This document shows positions 18,187-28,100 of a DNA stretch of 39,073 nucleotides, one piece after another. The DNA lies in assembly GCA_001788565.1 (NCBI GenBank), contig MGCX01000004.1:1-39073 (forward strand). Direction: 5' to 3'. The position numbers were made by a program, and so were the translations under genes. Numbering within the stretch: the first letter of the stretch is position 1; each line of letters starts with the position of its first letter. The notes beneath the pieces are model-generated. The model saw only the letters and a list, made by a program, of their open reading frames with translations. It did no database searches and was not told where the DNA came from. Source of the DNA: Candidatus Saccharibacteria bacterium RIFCSPHIGHO2_12_FULL_49_19. Lineage in GTDB: Bacteria > Patescibacteriota > Saccharimonadia > Saccharimonadales > UBA10212.

Positions 18187-18797
18187 TATTTAGCCTCTCT
18201 GACCAGCACAACGCCTTTTTTGGGCCCCGGGACGGCACCAGCGATACCAATTACCCGCAGTTCAGGGTCAACCAGGGCAACAGTCAGCCGTTTGGTGGTC
18301 ACTCTCACATGGCCCATTTGCCCGGCCATTTTTTTGCCGGGAAATATCCGTTGCGGATACATCGAGCCGATTGATCCCGGACGACGATAACTTCTTCCTC
18401 CGTGGGTCTTACGGCCGCGTTGGAAGTTATGTCGCTTGATTACGCCGGCGAAGCCCTTGCCTTTGCTAACACCGGTAACGTCGACTTTATCACCAACATT
18501 AAAAAAGTCGGCGCTCAAATGATCGCCGACTTTCAGATCTTCGGGTAGCTTGGCAATGCGAAACTCCCGCATAAGCATAGATGTGATCTTTGCTTCTTTG
18601 GTGTGTCCAGCTTGGGCTTTTCGAGCTTTTCTGTTTGATTCAAGGCCTACCTGAATCGCCGTGTAGCCATCTCTTTCATCAGTTTTTATTTGAGTTACGG
18701 CATTTGATGCGGCCCAAAGCAAAGTCACAGCAATAGCTGCGCCCTGGTCGTTGATGGCGCTGGTCATACCGATTTTTCGGGTAACTAATGCTTTCAC
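18186..18797 (-). CDS. rplC: 50S ribosomal protein L3
   Basis: 203 aa, GTG start with GGAAGG upstream. uL3 (..FQRGRKTHG..). Confidence 0.93.
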   Translation of the reverse strand: MKALVTRKIGMTSAINDQGAAIAVTLLWAASNAVTQIKTDERDGYTAIQVGLESNRKARKAQAGHTKEAKITSMLMREFRIAKLPEDLKVGDHLSADFFNVGDKVDVTGVSKGKGFAGVIKRHNFQRGRKTHGGRSYRRPGSIGSMYPQRIFPGKKMAGQMGHVRVTTKRLTVALVDPELRVIGIAGAVPGPKKGVVLVREAK

Positions 18798-18947
18798 TTG
18801 GCCTTCCGCTTATTTTGCCCATAGTTTTAATAACGCACCGGATTTTAGACACTCAATCTAAGAATATCTGGCTCGGAACAGTTTCTAATCTGTTATTAAC
18901 AGTGGACTTGAACCGACACCAGCCGAACTCGATCGTTATCTGCTAAC

Positions 18948-18977
18948 AGATTAGCATGTAGTTCCTTTATCTGTCAA
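18948..18977 (-). promoter_or_regulatory. Candidate internal promoter for rplC and downstream genes
   Basis: Minus strand reads TTGACA-18 nt-TAATCT, with TGC immediately upstream of the -10 (extended -10 type). Confidence 0.4.
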
Positions 18978-19010
18978 TCTGTTGTAAAAAGTACAAAACC
19001 CAGGGTGTAG

Positions 19011-19439
19011 CTAATCGTTATCGACAATCAGAGTCAAATACGGCGCACTACCGACGTTTGATCGGTCTTGCGGCGTTTCTTCAACACTCAATAATTTATT
19101 CATCAACTCTAATATTTTCACAGTTACTACCCCAGGGTAACTGTCAGGGTGACCGCAGACTGACCGAATCTTCTTCCGAGAATGATCGCTTCCATCAGCC
19201 CCAACACAAGTGCTTTTATCAGTCTTACCTCCTGGGCACTCGGCCATAATAGCTGTGTAGCGCGACTCGATGTCGTCGAGGTCCAGATCATTGGCGAATG
19301 CAATTTCGGTAACCTCCCTAGCAACGACTCTTCTCAAAGTGCAACGCGCGCATCTGCTGGGTTCAGGGTTTAGTAAATAACCGGTAGCACATTGAATGTA
19401 CTGTTCCGCACCTTCTGGTGTAAGCTGCTCGTGAGACAT
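19011..19439 (-). CDS. Hypothetical 142-aa Cys-containing protein inserted between rpsJ and rplC
   Basis: The ATG lies 3 nt after the rpsJ TAA, with no SD of its own. Six Cys (C17, C30, C33, C68, C78, C95). No family recognised. Confidence 0.55.
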   Translation of the reverse strand: MSHEQLTPEGAEQYIQCATGYLLNPEPSRCARCTLRRVVAREVTEIAFANDLDLDDIESRYTAIMAECPGGKTDKSTCVGADGSDHSRKKIRSVCGHPDSYPGVVTVKILELMNKLLSVEETPQDRSNVGSAPYLTLIVDND

Positions 19440-19442
19440 ACT

Positions 19443-19793
19443 TTACATCTTGATTTCGGCGTCGCAACCGGCTGGTAGGCTAAGATTCATCAATGAATCT
19501 ACGGTCTTAGGTGTCGGGTCGCTGATGTCTATAAGACGTTTGTGCACGCGCATTTCGAATTGCTCGCGCCCCTTTTTGTAAACATGCGGACTTTTTACCA
19601 CTGTGAAAGTACTTTTCTTAGTTGGGAGAGGTATCGGGCCAGAAATTGTCGCACCGGTCCGTAGAGCGGTCTCCACTATCTGTTTAGCCGATTGGTCGAT
19701 GACCTTATGGTCATAGGCCTTCAGGCGAATCCGAATCCGCTGCTTCGGTTCCGCTACTGCCTCAGCCTTCGTTGATTTCTTAGCCCCTGCCAC
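19443..19793 (-). CDS. rpsJ: 30S ribosomal protein S10
   Basis: 116 aa, GTG start. uS10 core [12 protein letters not shown].. preceded by an extension of about 17 aa. Confidence 0.92.
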   Translation of the reverse strand: MAGAKKSTKAEAVAEPKQRIRIRLKAYDHKVIDQSAKQIVETALRTGATISGPIPLPTKKSTFTVVKSPHVYKKGREQFEMRVHKRLIDISDPTPKTVDSLMNLSLPAGCDAEIKM

Positions 19794-20076
19794 TACTTCT
19801 TGTCCCTACCAGTAAACCATTCAATATTAACCTTCTCGCCTGATTATTATTAGCTACGGCCAGAATAGCGTCTAGTGAGGAGAGGTATTCTCCTACAACT
19901 CTGGCTTCCGGTAGCCGTTCGCTATGCAAAACTGCTACCGGCTGACCTGGAACCTCTACGTCTAGTCGCCCAGTTATCTGCGGCCCTTGTTCTGGATATG
20001 TCGGTTCAGCAACAAAGTCACGTCCGCCAATTTCAGATCTGACGTCAAACTCACCTAAGCTAACTATTTCGAGCAT
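19780..20076 (-). CDS. Hypothetical 98-aa acidic protein exactly filling the tuf-rpsJ gap
   Basis: The ATG lies 1 nt after the tuf TAA. The stop overlaps the rpsJ GTG start by 14 nt. No family recognised. Confidence 0.4.
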   Translation of the reverse strand: MLEIVSLGEFDVRSEIGGRDFVAEPTYPEQGPQITGRLDVEVPGQPVAVLHSERLPEARVVGEYLSSLDAILAVANNNQARRLILNGLLVGTRSSGRG

Positions 20077-20077
20077 A

Positions 20078-21259
20078 TTACTTGGTTATTTTGGTAACTA
20101 CTCCAGCACCTACGGTCTTGCCACCCTCGCGAATCGCAAAGCGCAGACCCTGTTCCATAGCTATTGGAGCTTGTAATTTGACATTGAAGGTCACGGTGTC
20201 ACCGGGCATGACCATTTCCTTGTCAGCCGGCAACTCAACCTCGCCGGTGACATCGGTGGTTCGGAAGTAGAACTGCGGCTTGTACCCCTTGAAGAATGGG
20301 GTGTGACGGCCGCCCTCTTCCTTGGTTAGGATGTAAACTTCGCTCTCAAACTCGGTGTGCGGTGTAATAGTTCCGGGCTTAGCCAAAACTTGGCCGCGCT
20401 CGATATCATCGCGCTCCACACCGCGCAGAAGGATTCCGACGTTGTCGCCGGCTTGCCCTTGGTCCAGATTCTTCTTAAACATCTCCACACCGGTAACGAC
20501 ACTTTTCTTGGTGGGACGGATGCCGACGATTTCAACTTCTTCGTTGACTTTGACCACACCGGTTTCCACGCGGCCAGTGGCTACCGTACCACGGCCCTTA
20601 ATAGAGAAGACGTCTTCGATAGCCATCATGAACGGCTTATCGAGGTCTCTTTTTGGCTCGGGAATGAACTCATCGAGCGCTTTAACCAGTTCCATAATGG
20701 CGTTTTCGCTATCAGCATCGCCCTCTAGAGCTTTGGTGGCTGAACCCTTAATAATCGGGGCCTTCTCATCAAATTCATACTTCTTGAGAAGATCTCGAAC
20801 GTCGGCCTCAACCAGCTCAACCAGTTCCGGGTCAGCTAGATCCATCTTGTTCAAAAAGACTAAAATAGATGGAACCCCGACTTGCTTGGCGAGTAACACA
20901 TGCTCACGAGTTTGCGGCATTGGACCATCGGCAGCAGAAACAACTAAGATCGCGCCGTCAATCTGAGCGGCACCGGTAATCATATTCTTGATGTAGTCGG
21001 CGTGGCCAGGCATATCTACGTGGGCATAGTGGCGCTTTTCACTCTCGTACTCTTGATGAGAGGTAGCGATAGTAATCCCGCGAGCTTTTTCCTCGGGCGC
21101 GTTGTCAATCTGGTCATAGCTGACCGGTTTATTAATTTCGCTCGGCATTTTCTTAGCAAGTACCGAGGTAATAGCTGCAGTTAATGTAGTCTTACCATGA
21201 TCAACATGGCCCATCGTACCGATGTTTACATGCGGCTTGCTGCGGTCGAAATCTGCCAT
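20078..21259 (-). CDS. tuf: Elongation factor Tu
   Basis: 393 aa. [17 protein letters not shown] and NKMD G-domain motifs. Confidence 0.96.
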   Translation of the reverse strand: MADFDRSKPHVNIGTMGHVDHGKTTLTAAITSVLAKKMPSEINKPVSYDQIDNAPEEKARGITIATSHQEYESEKRHYAHVDMPGHADYIKNMITGAAQIDGAILVVSAADGPMPQTREHVLLAKQVGVPSILVFLNKMDLADPELVELVEADVRDLLKKYEFDEKAPIIKGSATKALEGDADSENAIMELVKALDEFIPEPKRDLDKPFMMAIEDVFSIKGRGTVATGRVETGVVKVNEEVEIVGIRPTKKSVVTGVEMFKKNLDQGQAGDNVGILLRGVERDDIERGQVLAKPGTITPHTEFESEVYILTKEEGGRHTPFFKGYKPQFYFRTTDVTGEVELPADKEMVMPGDTVTFNVKLQAPIAMEQGLRFAIREGGKTVGAGVVTKITK

Positions 21260-21337
21260 TAATAACTCCTTTTATTCTGATCTAGTAGTTGATAATTTAG
21301 CATGGGAAACAATCCACCCCCATACGATATCACGGAC

Positions 21338-21367
21338 ATTATAGGGTAAAATAGCCTATTTTGTAAA
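21338..21367 (-). promoter_or_regulatory. Candidate promoter for tuf
   Basis: Minus strand reads TTTACA-18 nt-TATAAT. A leader of about 75 nt ends in the AAAAGGAG SD. Confidence 0.5.
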
Positions 21368-21379
21368 GGCGGCCCATGT

Positions 21380-23467
21380 TTATTTGCCCGATTTGGCAAT
21401 GATCTTCTCAGCGACGTTAGCCGGCACGTCCTCATAGCGGTCCAGCTCCATAGTGCTTGCGGCCCGGCCTTGGGTCATGCTTCGCAGATTAGTGGTGTAG
21501 CCAAACATCTCACCAAGCGGGGCATAGGCGGTAATTTGCTTGATGCCAGGGCTGAGGTCTTCGAGGCTCTCTACTCGTCCCCGCTTGGCGTTGAGATCAC
21601 CAATTACATCCCCCATATAGCCTTCAGGTGTGACTACGACCACCTTCATGATGGGCTCCAAAAGAACCGGCCCTGCCTTTTTTACAGCGTCTTGCAAGGC
21701 CATTGACCCGGCGATCTTAAAAGCTACTTCTGAAGAGTCAACTTCGTGGAAACTGCCGTCATAAAGCTCGGCCACCACGTCCACAACCGGGTAGCCAGCA
21801 ATAACACCGTTGGCCATAGCCTCCTCCACGCCGGCTCTGATGGCAGGGATATATTCATTGGGGATGGCTCCGCCCTTGATGCGATTGATGAATTCAAAGC
21901 CCTTACCGAGCTCATTTTGTTTAATCCTGAGCCAGACATGACCGTACTGACCGCGGCCGCCGGTTTGGCGGATGTATTTGCCTTCGGCCTCGACATTATC
22001 TTTCCGAATTGTCTCACGGTAGGCGACTTGGGGCTGGCCAACGCTGGCTTCTACGGCAAATTCGCGCTTCATCCGGTCAACGATAATCTCTAAATGCAAT
22101 TCGCCCATACCGGAGATGATGGTCTGGCCGGTTTCATGATCCATTTTAATTCGGAAGGTTGGGTCTTCCTCGGCCAGTCGCTGCAAGGCGGTACTCATTT
22201 TCTCTTGGTCAGCTTTTGTTTTGGGTTCGATAGCTATGCTGACGGGCGGCTCTGGAAAGGAGATGCTTTCCAGCACAATCGGGTTAGCTGAATCGCAAAG
22301 CGTATGGCCGGTACTAGTACCTTTTAAACCGACGATAGCGGCGATGTCGCCAGCTTCGACTTCATCAATATCCTCACGCTTATCAGCGTGCAAGCGCACA
22401 ATCCGTCCTACCCGTTCTTTTTCACCGGTAGAGCTATTTAATATGTAGCTTCCGGTAGTAACTTTTCCGGAGTAGGCCCTAAAGAAAGCCAGTTTGCCCA
22501 CAAACGGGTCGGTAGCAATCTTAAAAGCTAGAGCCGCGAAGGGCTCGCTGGGTTCCGGTTTGCGCTCGATCTCATCACCGTTTTTGGGGTTTAGGCCCCA
22601 AGAACTTCCTCGGTCCAAGGGGCTAGGCAGGAAATCATTAACTGTATCTAAGAGTTTCTCGACTATCACGCCACGGCCGTCTCCACCGGATACTACGAAG
22701 AACTTTCCTGACAGTACCGCCGAGCGGATAGCTTTTTTAATATCTTCTTCGGAAAGTCCCTCTTCACCAACTTCAAAATACTTTTCCAGCGTCTGTTCAT
22801 CTTCAGCGACAGCGTTTTCAACTAGAAGTGAGCGGTACTTTTTGGCCTTTTCCAGCATATCCGCTGGTACATCTCCGACGACCAGTTCTTTATCGGCAAA
22901 GTCTTTGTAGGTGTAGCTCTTCATATCAATCAGGTCAACGATACCGCTAACCGACTGCTCAAAACCGATTGGCAAGTGAGTGGCAAAGGCCCGCTTACTC
23001 AAGCGATTGTGGATGCTGTCCAAACTCTTGTAGAAGTCGCCGCCAGTTTGGTTAATTTTGTTGATAAAACAGATACGCGGCACGTTATATTTGTCGGCTT
23101 GGCGCCAAACGGTTTCTGACTGACTTTCCACACCCATTTTGCCATCGAACACCACAACGGCTCCGTCAAGCACCCGCAAGCTGCGTTCTACCTCTACCGT
23201 GAAGTCGATGTGGCCCGGTGTATCTATGATATTGATTTTATGGTCTTTCCAAAAACAGGTTACCGCGGCGGCAGTGATGGTTATGCCGCGCTCTTTTTCC
23301 TGGGCCATCCAGTCGGTAGTAGTTTCGCCTTCGTGGACAGCGCCAATCTTATGTTTTAGACCGGTCCGATAGAGAACTGCCTCTGTTGTAGTGGTCTTGC
23401 CAGCGTCAATATGAGCGATAATACCGATATTGCGCAGATCCTTTAGTTCGTATTTTCCCTGAGCCAT
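21380..23467 (-). CDS. fusA: Elongation factor G
   Basis: 695 aa. AHIDAGKTT and DTPGHIDF, with EF-G domain order. Confidence 0.96.
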   Translation of the reverse strand: MAQGKYELKDLRNIGIIAHIDAGKTTTTEAVLYRTGLKHKIGAVHEGETTTDWMAQEKERGITITAAAVTCFWKDHKINIIDTPGHIDFTVEVERSLRVLDGAVVVFDGKMGVESQSETVWRQADKYNVPRICFINKINQTGGDFYKSLDSIHNRLSKRAFATHLPIGFEQSVSGIVDLIDMKSYTYKDFADKELVVGDVPADMLEKAKKYRSLLVENAVAEDEQTLEKYFEVGEEGLSEEDIKKAIRSAVLSGKFFVVSGGDGRGVIVEKLLDTVNDFLPSPLDRGSSWGLNPKNGDEIERKPEPSEPFAALAFKIATDPFVGKLAFFRAYSGKVTTGSYILNSSTGEKERVGRIVRLHADKREDIDEVEAGDIAAIVGLKGTSTGHTLCDSANPIVLESISFPEPPVSIAIEPKTKADQEKMSTALQRLAEEDPTFRIKMDHETGQTIISGMGELHLEIIVDRMKREFAVEASVGQPQVAYRETIRKDNVEAEGKYIRQTGGRGQYGHVWLRIKQNELGKGFEFINRIKGGAIPNEYIPAIRAGVEEAMANGVIAGYPVVDVVAELYDGSFHEVDSSEVAFKIAGSMALQDAVKKAGPVLLEPIMKVVVVTPEGYMGDVIGDLNAKRGRVESLEDLSPGIKQITAYAPLGEMFGYTTNLRSMTQGRAASTMELDRYEDVPANVAEKIIAKSGK

Positions 23468-23525
23468 ACAAAAAGTCCCTAATCGGACCTCACTATTTAA
23501 ACTTAATAATTAACAGTCAGTGGCT

Positions 23526-23554
23526 ATTATACACAGAAAAACAACAGATGACTA
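23526..23554 (-). promoter_or_regulatory. Candidate promoter for fusA
   Basis: Minus strand reads TAGTCA-17 nt-TATAAT, about 55 nt upstream of the fusA ATG. Confidence 0.45.
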
Positions 23555-23561
23555 TATCTGT
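23536..23561 (-). terminator. Weak intrinsic terminator after the 86-aa ORF
   Basis: Minus strand reads ACAGAT-ATAGTC-ATCTGT followed by TGTTTTTC. Overlaps the fusA -35. Confidence 0.35.
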
Positions 23562-23567
23562 ACGATC

Positions 23568-23828
23568 TTATAACTTGTGGTGGGCTGGTCGGAGAGCATC
23601 GCCAATCACATCAGCCAGTTCTCTGGCCTGGTGAGCTTTGCGCAGCTTAGCGGCTGTCCGCTCAAGCGGTGCCAGCAGTCTATTTTGAGCTTGTCTAGCG
23701 ACATTGCTCAAGGCTGAGAGGGCAACTTCCTGAAAACGTACCGGCTCGGTCTGTGTTTCAGCCTGAGAGATATCACTCTCCAGGGCTTCGACAGCAAGCT
23801 CTATCGGCGCTGCTTCTGCTATTGACAT
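23568..23828 (-). CDS. Hypothetical 86-aa helical protein (acidic N-terminus, basic C-terminus)
   Basis: ATG preceded by TAAGGAGAAAACCAAA (strong SD). No family recognised. Confidence 0.55.
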   Translation of the reverse strand: MSIAEAAPIELAVEALESDISQAETQTEPVRFQEVALSALSNVARQAQNRLLAPLERTAAKLRKAHQARELADVIGDALRPAHHKL

Positions 23829-23860
23829 TTTGGTTTTCTCCTTACGAGCTCACAGTACGC

Positions 23861-24172
23861 TTACTTCAGTAGGCTGTCAAGAGGGTTGGGCATTGGCTGG
23901 TCGGTCACTAGGCAGCGATGTTCACTCCCGGAAGTCCAAGTAGTGCTTATTGAACACTTTCTCTCCATAGCGCACCTGCCAATCTCCATCATTCTGTTGC
24001 CCGCATCAGCTCTGGTGTGCTCCGCGAGTCGAGGATTCTTGCTGATAGCTTGGAAGTGCCCCAAAGACGGGCAATGCTCGATACAGAAGAGTGGAGCTTC
24101 GACAATTTGCCCGGTACCTAAAGAAATCCGGCCGGTTGCCCCACCTGAATAGGATGACTTCTGCTCTGACAT
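23861..24172 (-). CDS. Hypothetical 103-aa Cys/His-containing protein start-coupled to rpsG
   Basis: The ATG overlaps the rpsG stop as TAATG, the same junction used by rpsL/rpsG. Five Cys (C30, C34, C67, C73, C87). Confidence 0.55.
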   Translation of the reverse strand: MSEQKSSYSGGATGRISLGTGQIVEAPLFCIEHCPSLGHFQAISKNPRLAEHTRADAGNRMMEIGRCAMERKCSISTTWTSGSEHRCLVTDQPMPNPLDSLLK

Positions 24173-24651
24173 TAGCTTCTGGCGAAGTGAGCGAAGGCCC
24201 GGTTGGCCTCAGCAGTACGATGGGTATCTTCTTTTTTCTTAACCGCGGCCCCGGTGTTGTTATAAGCATCAACTAACTCGGCGGCAATCCGATCTTCCAT
24301 GCTCATGCCGGAGCGCTCCCGGGCGGCCGCCACAAACCACATGATGGTCAGGTGCTGTTGGCGCTGGCCTTTGACCTCAAAGGGAATCTGGTAGTTAGCG
24401 CCGCCGACCCGGCGGGAACGCGTTTCCAGATATGGCTGGACATTCTTCATGGCTTGTTCAAAAACTTCCAAAGGATCATCCACTTTCAGTTTTTTAGCGG
24501 CTTTTTCCATCCCGCCGTAAACTAAGCGCTCCGCCAGCTGCTTCTTACCATTGAGCATCACGCGATTAATGAACTTGGCGACTGCGGTGCTGTTGTAAAC
24601 CCGATCAGGCTGTACTTCTCGCACTAATGATTTGGTAACCTTGCGGGGCAT
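24172..24651 (-). CDS. rpsG: 30S ribosomal protein S7
   Basis: 159 aa. uS7 (MPRK..., ..ANRAFAHFA). Confidence 0.95.
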   Translation of the reverse strand: MPRKVTKSLVREVQPDRVYNSTAVAKFINRVMLNGKKQLAERLVYGGMEKAAKKLKVDDPLEVFEQAMKNVQPYLETRSRRVGGANYQIPFEVKGQRQQHLTIMWFVAAARERSGMSMEDRIAAELVDAYNNTGAAVKKKEDTHRTAEANRAFAHFARS

Positions 24652-25061
24652 TATTTGCCTTTCTTGGCCCCGTACTTAGAACGGCCCCGTTTACGGTTTT
24701 GGACTCCTTGCAGATCCAGGCTGCCGCGAACGATATGATATCGAACACCCGGCAGATCCTTAACCCTGCCGCCGCGGACTAGGACCACGGCGTGTTCCTG
24801 CAAGTTATGACCCTCACCGCCAATATAGGCCCAAACCTCCTGACCGTTGGTCAAGCGGACCCGGGCAACTTTTCGGAGGGCAGAATTGGGTTTCTTAGGA
24901 GTTTTAGTGGTCACTCTAATACAAACTCCCCTCTTGAATGGTGAGGGCTTTTCATAGCTCTTGATCTTCAAGTTATTGGTCACCCTTTGAAGCGCTGGTG
25001 ATTTAGATTTAGCGGTGGTGCTACTGCGTGATTTGCGCACCAGTTGATTAATTGTAGGCAT
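24651..25061 (-). CDS. rpsL: 30S ribosomal protein S12
   Basis: 136 aa. [10 protein letters not shown].., [10 protein letters not shown]. Confidence 0.96.
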   Translation of the reverse strand: MPTINQLVRKSRSSTTAKSKSPALQRVTNNLKIKSYEKPSPFKRGVCIRVTTKTPKKPNSALRKVARVRLTNGQEVWAYIGGEGHNLQEHAVVLVRGGRVKDLPGVRYHIVRGSLDLQGVQNRKRGRSKYGAKKGK

Positions 25062-25088
25062 TAAAACTCCTTAGGAATTCGGTAGCTG

Positions 25089-25117
25089 ATTTTAACAGCT
25101 GTGACGTTAGCTGACAA
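25089..25117 (-). promoter_or_regulatory. Candidate promoter for rpsL-rpsG
   Basis: Minus strand reads TTGTCA-17 nt-TAAAAT, directly after the rpoC stop. The leader carries a TAAGGAG SD. Confidence 0.45.
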
Positions 25118-25120
25118 CTC

Positions 25121-28100
25121 TTAAGCCTCATCTGTACCTTCCGGTTGACGGGCACCTGTCCCAACTGGTATCTGCCGCCCCAAAATAACATTTTCTTTCA
25201 ATCCGTAGAGCTTATCGATCTTACCGCTGGTTGCCGCATTAATCAGAACACGGGTGGTGTCCTGGAATGAGGCGGCCGACAGGAATGAATCAGTGGATAG
25301 TGACGCTTTAGTGATGCCCAGCAGCAGCTGATTATATTTAACTAGTTTTTTGCCGGCGGCGGCTAGCTGCTCGTTAGTCTCCACCACGGCCAACTTGCTG
25401 ACTATGTCTCCGGTGATGAATTCGCTATCACCAGCCTCCTCGATTTGTACACGACTAAACATTTGCCGGATTATGACTTCCAGGTGCTTATCGGCAATGG
25501 TCTGCCCCTGGCTGGCAAAAATGTGCAGTATTTCATTCATTATGTAGCGCTGCGTAGCTTCAATCCCGGAAAGACGCATCAGTTCGTGAAGATTGATGGA
25601 GCCGCCAGTCAACCGCTGTCCGGCGACAACTTCGTCACCATCTTTAACCAGCACTTGTCTGAAACCCGGAATTTCGTAGCGTACAACTGAAGTGCTAAGT
25701 GGTTTTATAGTTACTGAGGTTTCTGTCACATGCACTTTGCCGGCCATTGGCGCAGTGATCGGCTCACTGCCATCCTCATGAGCGGCTATAGTATCGCCAA
25801 TTGAGACATCTTCACCTTCCGCTACCTGGGCTTGCCGTCCGGCCAGTGGTAACCTGATAGCTTTTTGGTCAACCGCGGTCACCTGTACCACATAGTGATC
25901 CCCATCTTCCCAGACATTTACTTTCCCGCTTATATCGGTTAGATAAGCTTGCCCTTTGGGCGTCCGCACTTCCAAAAGCTCCTCCACACGGGTCAAGCCC
26001 TGAGTGACATCGTCGGTAGCGGTCACCGCACCAGCTCGGTGCTTGGAGTCCAAGCTCAGCTGAGTGCCCGGCTCACCGATACTTTGAGCGGCTATCACAC
26101 CTATGGGGTAGTCAGAAGCAACCAGTTGGCCGGTGGCCAGATCAACGCCATACGACTCGCGGCTTACACCGCGGACACTGGTACAACTTAGAGCGCTCAT
26201 AATCCTGACACTCTCGATAGCTTCGTCTTCCTCGATTGCCTTAGCGATCTCGCGGGTGATCGGATGCTTGGCCTTAACATGCCTTCCGACTGATTCAGCC
26301 GTATATCGACCCTCCAGTCGGTCGGCGAAGCCGGCGTCTACGAACTCCGAGTCACTACGATAAATCGGAAAGCCCGGATCATCAGCCATCGCGCCGACCG
26401 TAAATACGTCTTGGGCAACATCAACCAGGCGTCTGGTCAGATAGCCCGAGTCGGCGGTTCGAAGGGCGATGTCAATCAAGGCTTTACGAGTACCGCGGGT
26501 GGCCGTGAAGTATTCCAAAGGAGCCAAGCCCTGCTTGAAGTTACTGCGTACCGGCAGCTCCATAGCCCGACCGGTAGCATCAGCACGGACCCCGATCATC
26601 CCGACAGAATCTTTCATCTGAGAGATATTACCTCGAGCTCCCGAATTAACGGCTATCGACATGGTATTTTCCTCTGTGGCAAATTGCTTGGCCAGGGCAT
26701 CTTCCACCTTGGCGTCGATATCTGTCCAGGTCTCAACCGTTAAACGGTAGCGTTCGTCGTCGGTAATAAAGCCGGCCTCATACTGCTCGCTGATCTCAGC
26801 GGCCCGCTTTTCACCTTCATCAACCAGCTGTTTAAGCTCTTTTAGATCTGAGAAATCGGTCATGCCGATTGATAACCCGGAAACTGTGGCATAGTGGAAT
26901 CCCAAATCTTTTAGATCATCGGCCATTACGGCGGTCGCCTCCTGCCCATAGCGCTTATGCGCTGCCGCCATAACCGAAGCCAGTTTTTTCTTGGTCATGG
27001 TCTCGTTCTGGAAAGGAAAGTCGTCTGGGAATATTTCGTTGAACAACACCCGTCCAGCAGTAGTTTCTCGCATCTCACCGCGGAAAGGCACCAGCACCGG
27101 AGTTTGCAGTACTATCGACCGACTATCAAGCGCCATGACCAGCTCTTCAACACCCTCAAACGGGACTGGCTTAGCATCTTTAGTAGCCGGCCGGGTATAA
27201 GTTAAGTAGTAGCAGCCTAGAACGATGTCCTGTTCAATATGCAAGATAGGCGAACCATCAGCCGGTTTAAGCAGGTTTTTATTAGCGGCCATAATGTCAG
27301 TAGCTTCCGCCTGAGAGGCCTCAGACAGAGGCAGGTGGACAGCCATTTGATCGCCGTCAAAGTCAGCTCCAAAGCCTTTGCAAACCAGTGGGTGCAGTTG
27401 GATGGCCTTACCCTCTATTAGAACCGGGTGGAAAGCCTGGATACTTAGACGATGCAAGCTGGGAGCTCGGTTAAGTAAGACGTACTTACCTTTGATGACT
27501 TCATCGAGGGCGTCCCAGACAGCCGTTTCACCGGCTTCAATCATTCTGGTAGCTGACCTGATATTGTGGGCTAGCTCCTGATTAATCAACCAGCCGATAA
27601 CAAACGGTTTGAAGAGCTCCAGAGCCATCATCTTGGGCAAACCGCATTGGTGCATTTTCAGCTCCGGTCCGGAGACAATGACCGATCGTCCGGAGTAATC
27701 TACCCGCTTACCCAGTAGATTCTGACGAAACCGCCCCTGTTTGCCCTTTAACATGTCGGACAGGCTTTTTAAGCGACGCCGCTGACCGGTGGCGGCAACC
27801 GCCCGGCCGGATCGGGCGTTATTATTGTCGATCAGAGCATCAACCGCTTCCTGGAGCATTCGCTGCTCATTGCGTCTGATAACCTCTGGAGCGTTTAGTT
27901 CCATTAGCTTCTTCAGACGGTTATTGCGGTTAATTACTCGGCGATAAAGGTCATTTAGATCAGAGGTGGCGAACCGTCCGCCAGTCAGCTGAACCATCGG
28001 CCGCAGATCCGGCGGGATTACCGGCAGTACACTAACGGTCATGCTGGCCGGATCGATGCCGGCGCGCTGCATACTTTCCAGCAGACGCAAGCGCTTCATG

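Noticed and set aside
18904-18914. T-loop-like GGTTCAAGTCC on the minus strand within the rplC leader, flanked by an 11-bp acceptor-like inverted repeat. This could be a tRNA or tRNA-like element.
   Set aside because: The T stem does not pair (GTCGG versus CCACT). No D arm or anticodon arm can be drawn. Half of the long stem lies upstream of the predicted transcription start.
20355-20966. 203-aa plus-strand ORF. Similar long plus-strand ORFs occur at 5290-5718, 10555-10944, 16395-16802, 22494-22910, 28619-28999 and 37682-38089.
   Set aside because: All are antisense shadows of strongly supported conserved genes (tuf, rpoA/rplQ, rpsE, rplB, fusA, rpoC, polymerase). They have low-complexity Ser/Pro/Arg-rich translations and no start signals.
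24006-24272. 88-aa alternative-frame ORF spanning the rpsG end and ORF103, together with the plus-strand ORF at 23886-24152.
   Set aside because: Neither has start-coupling or an SD. The TAATG-coupled frame (ORF103) is the more parsimonious reading. The multi-frame openness does lower confidence in ORF103 somewhat.
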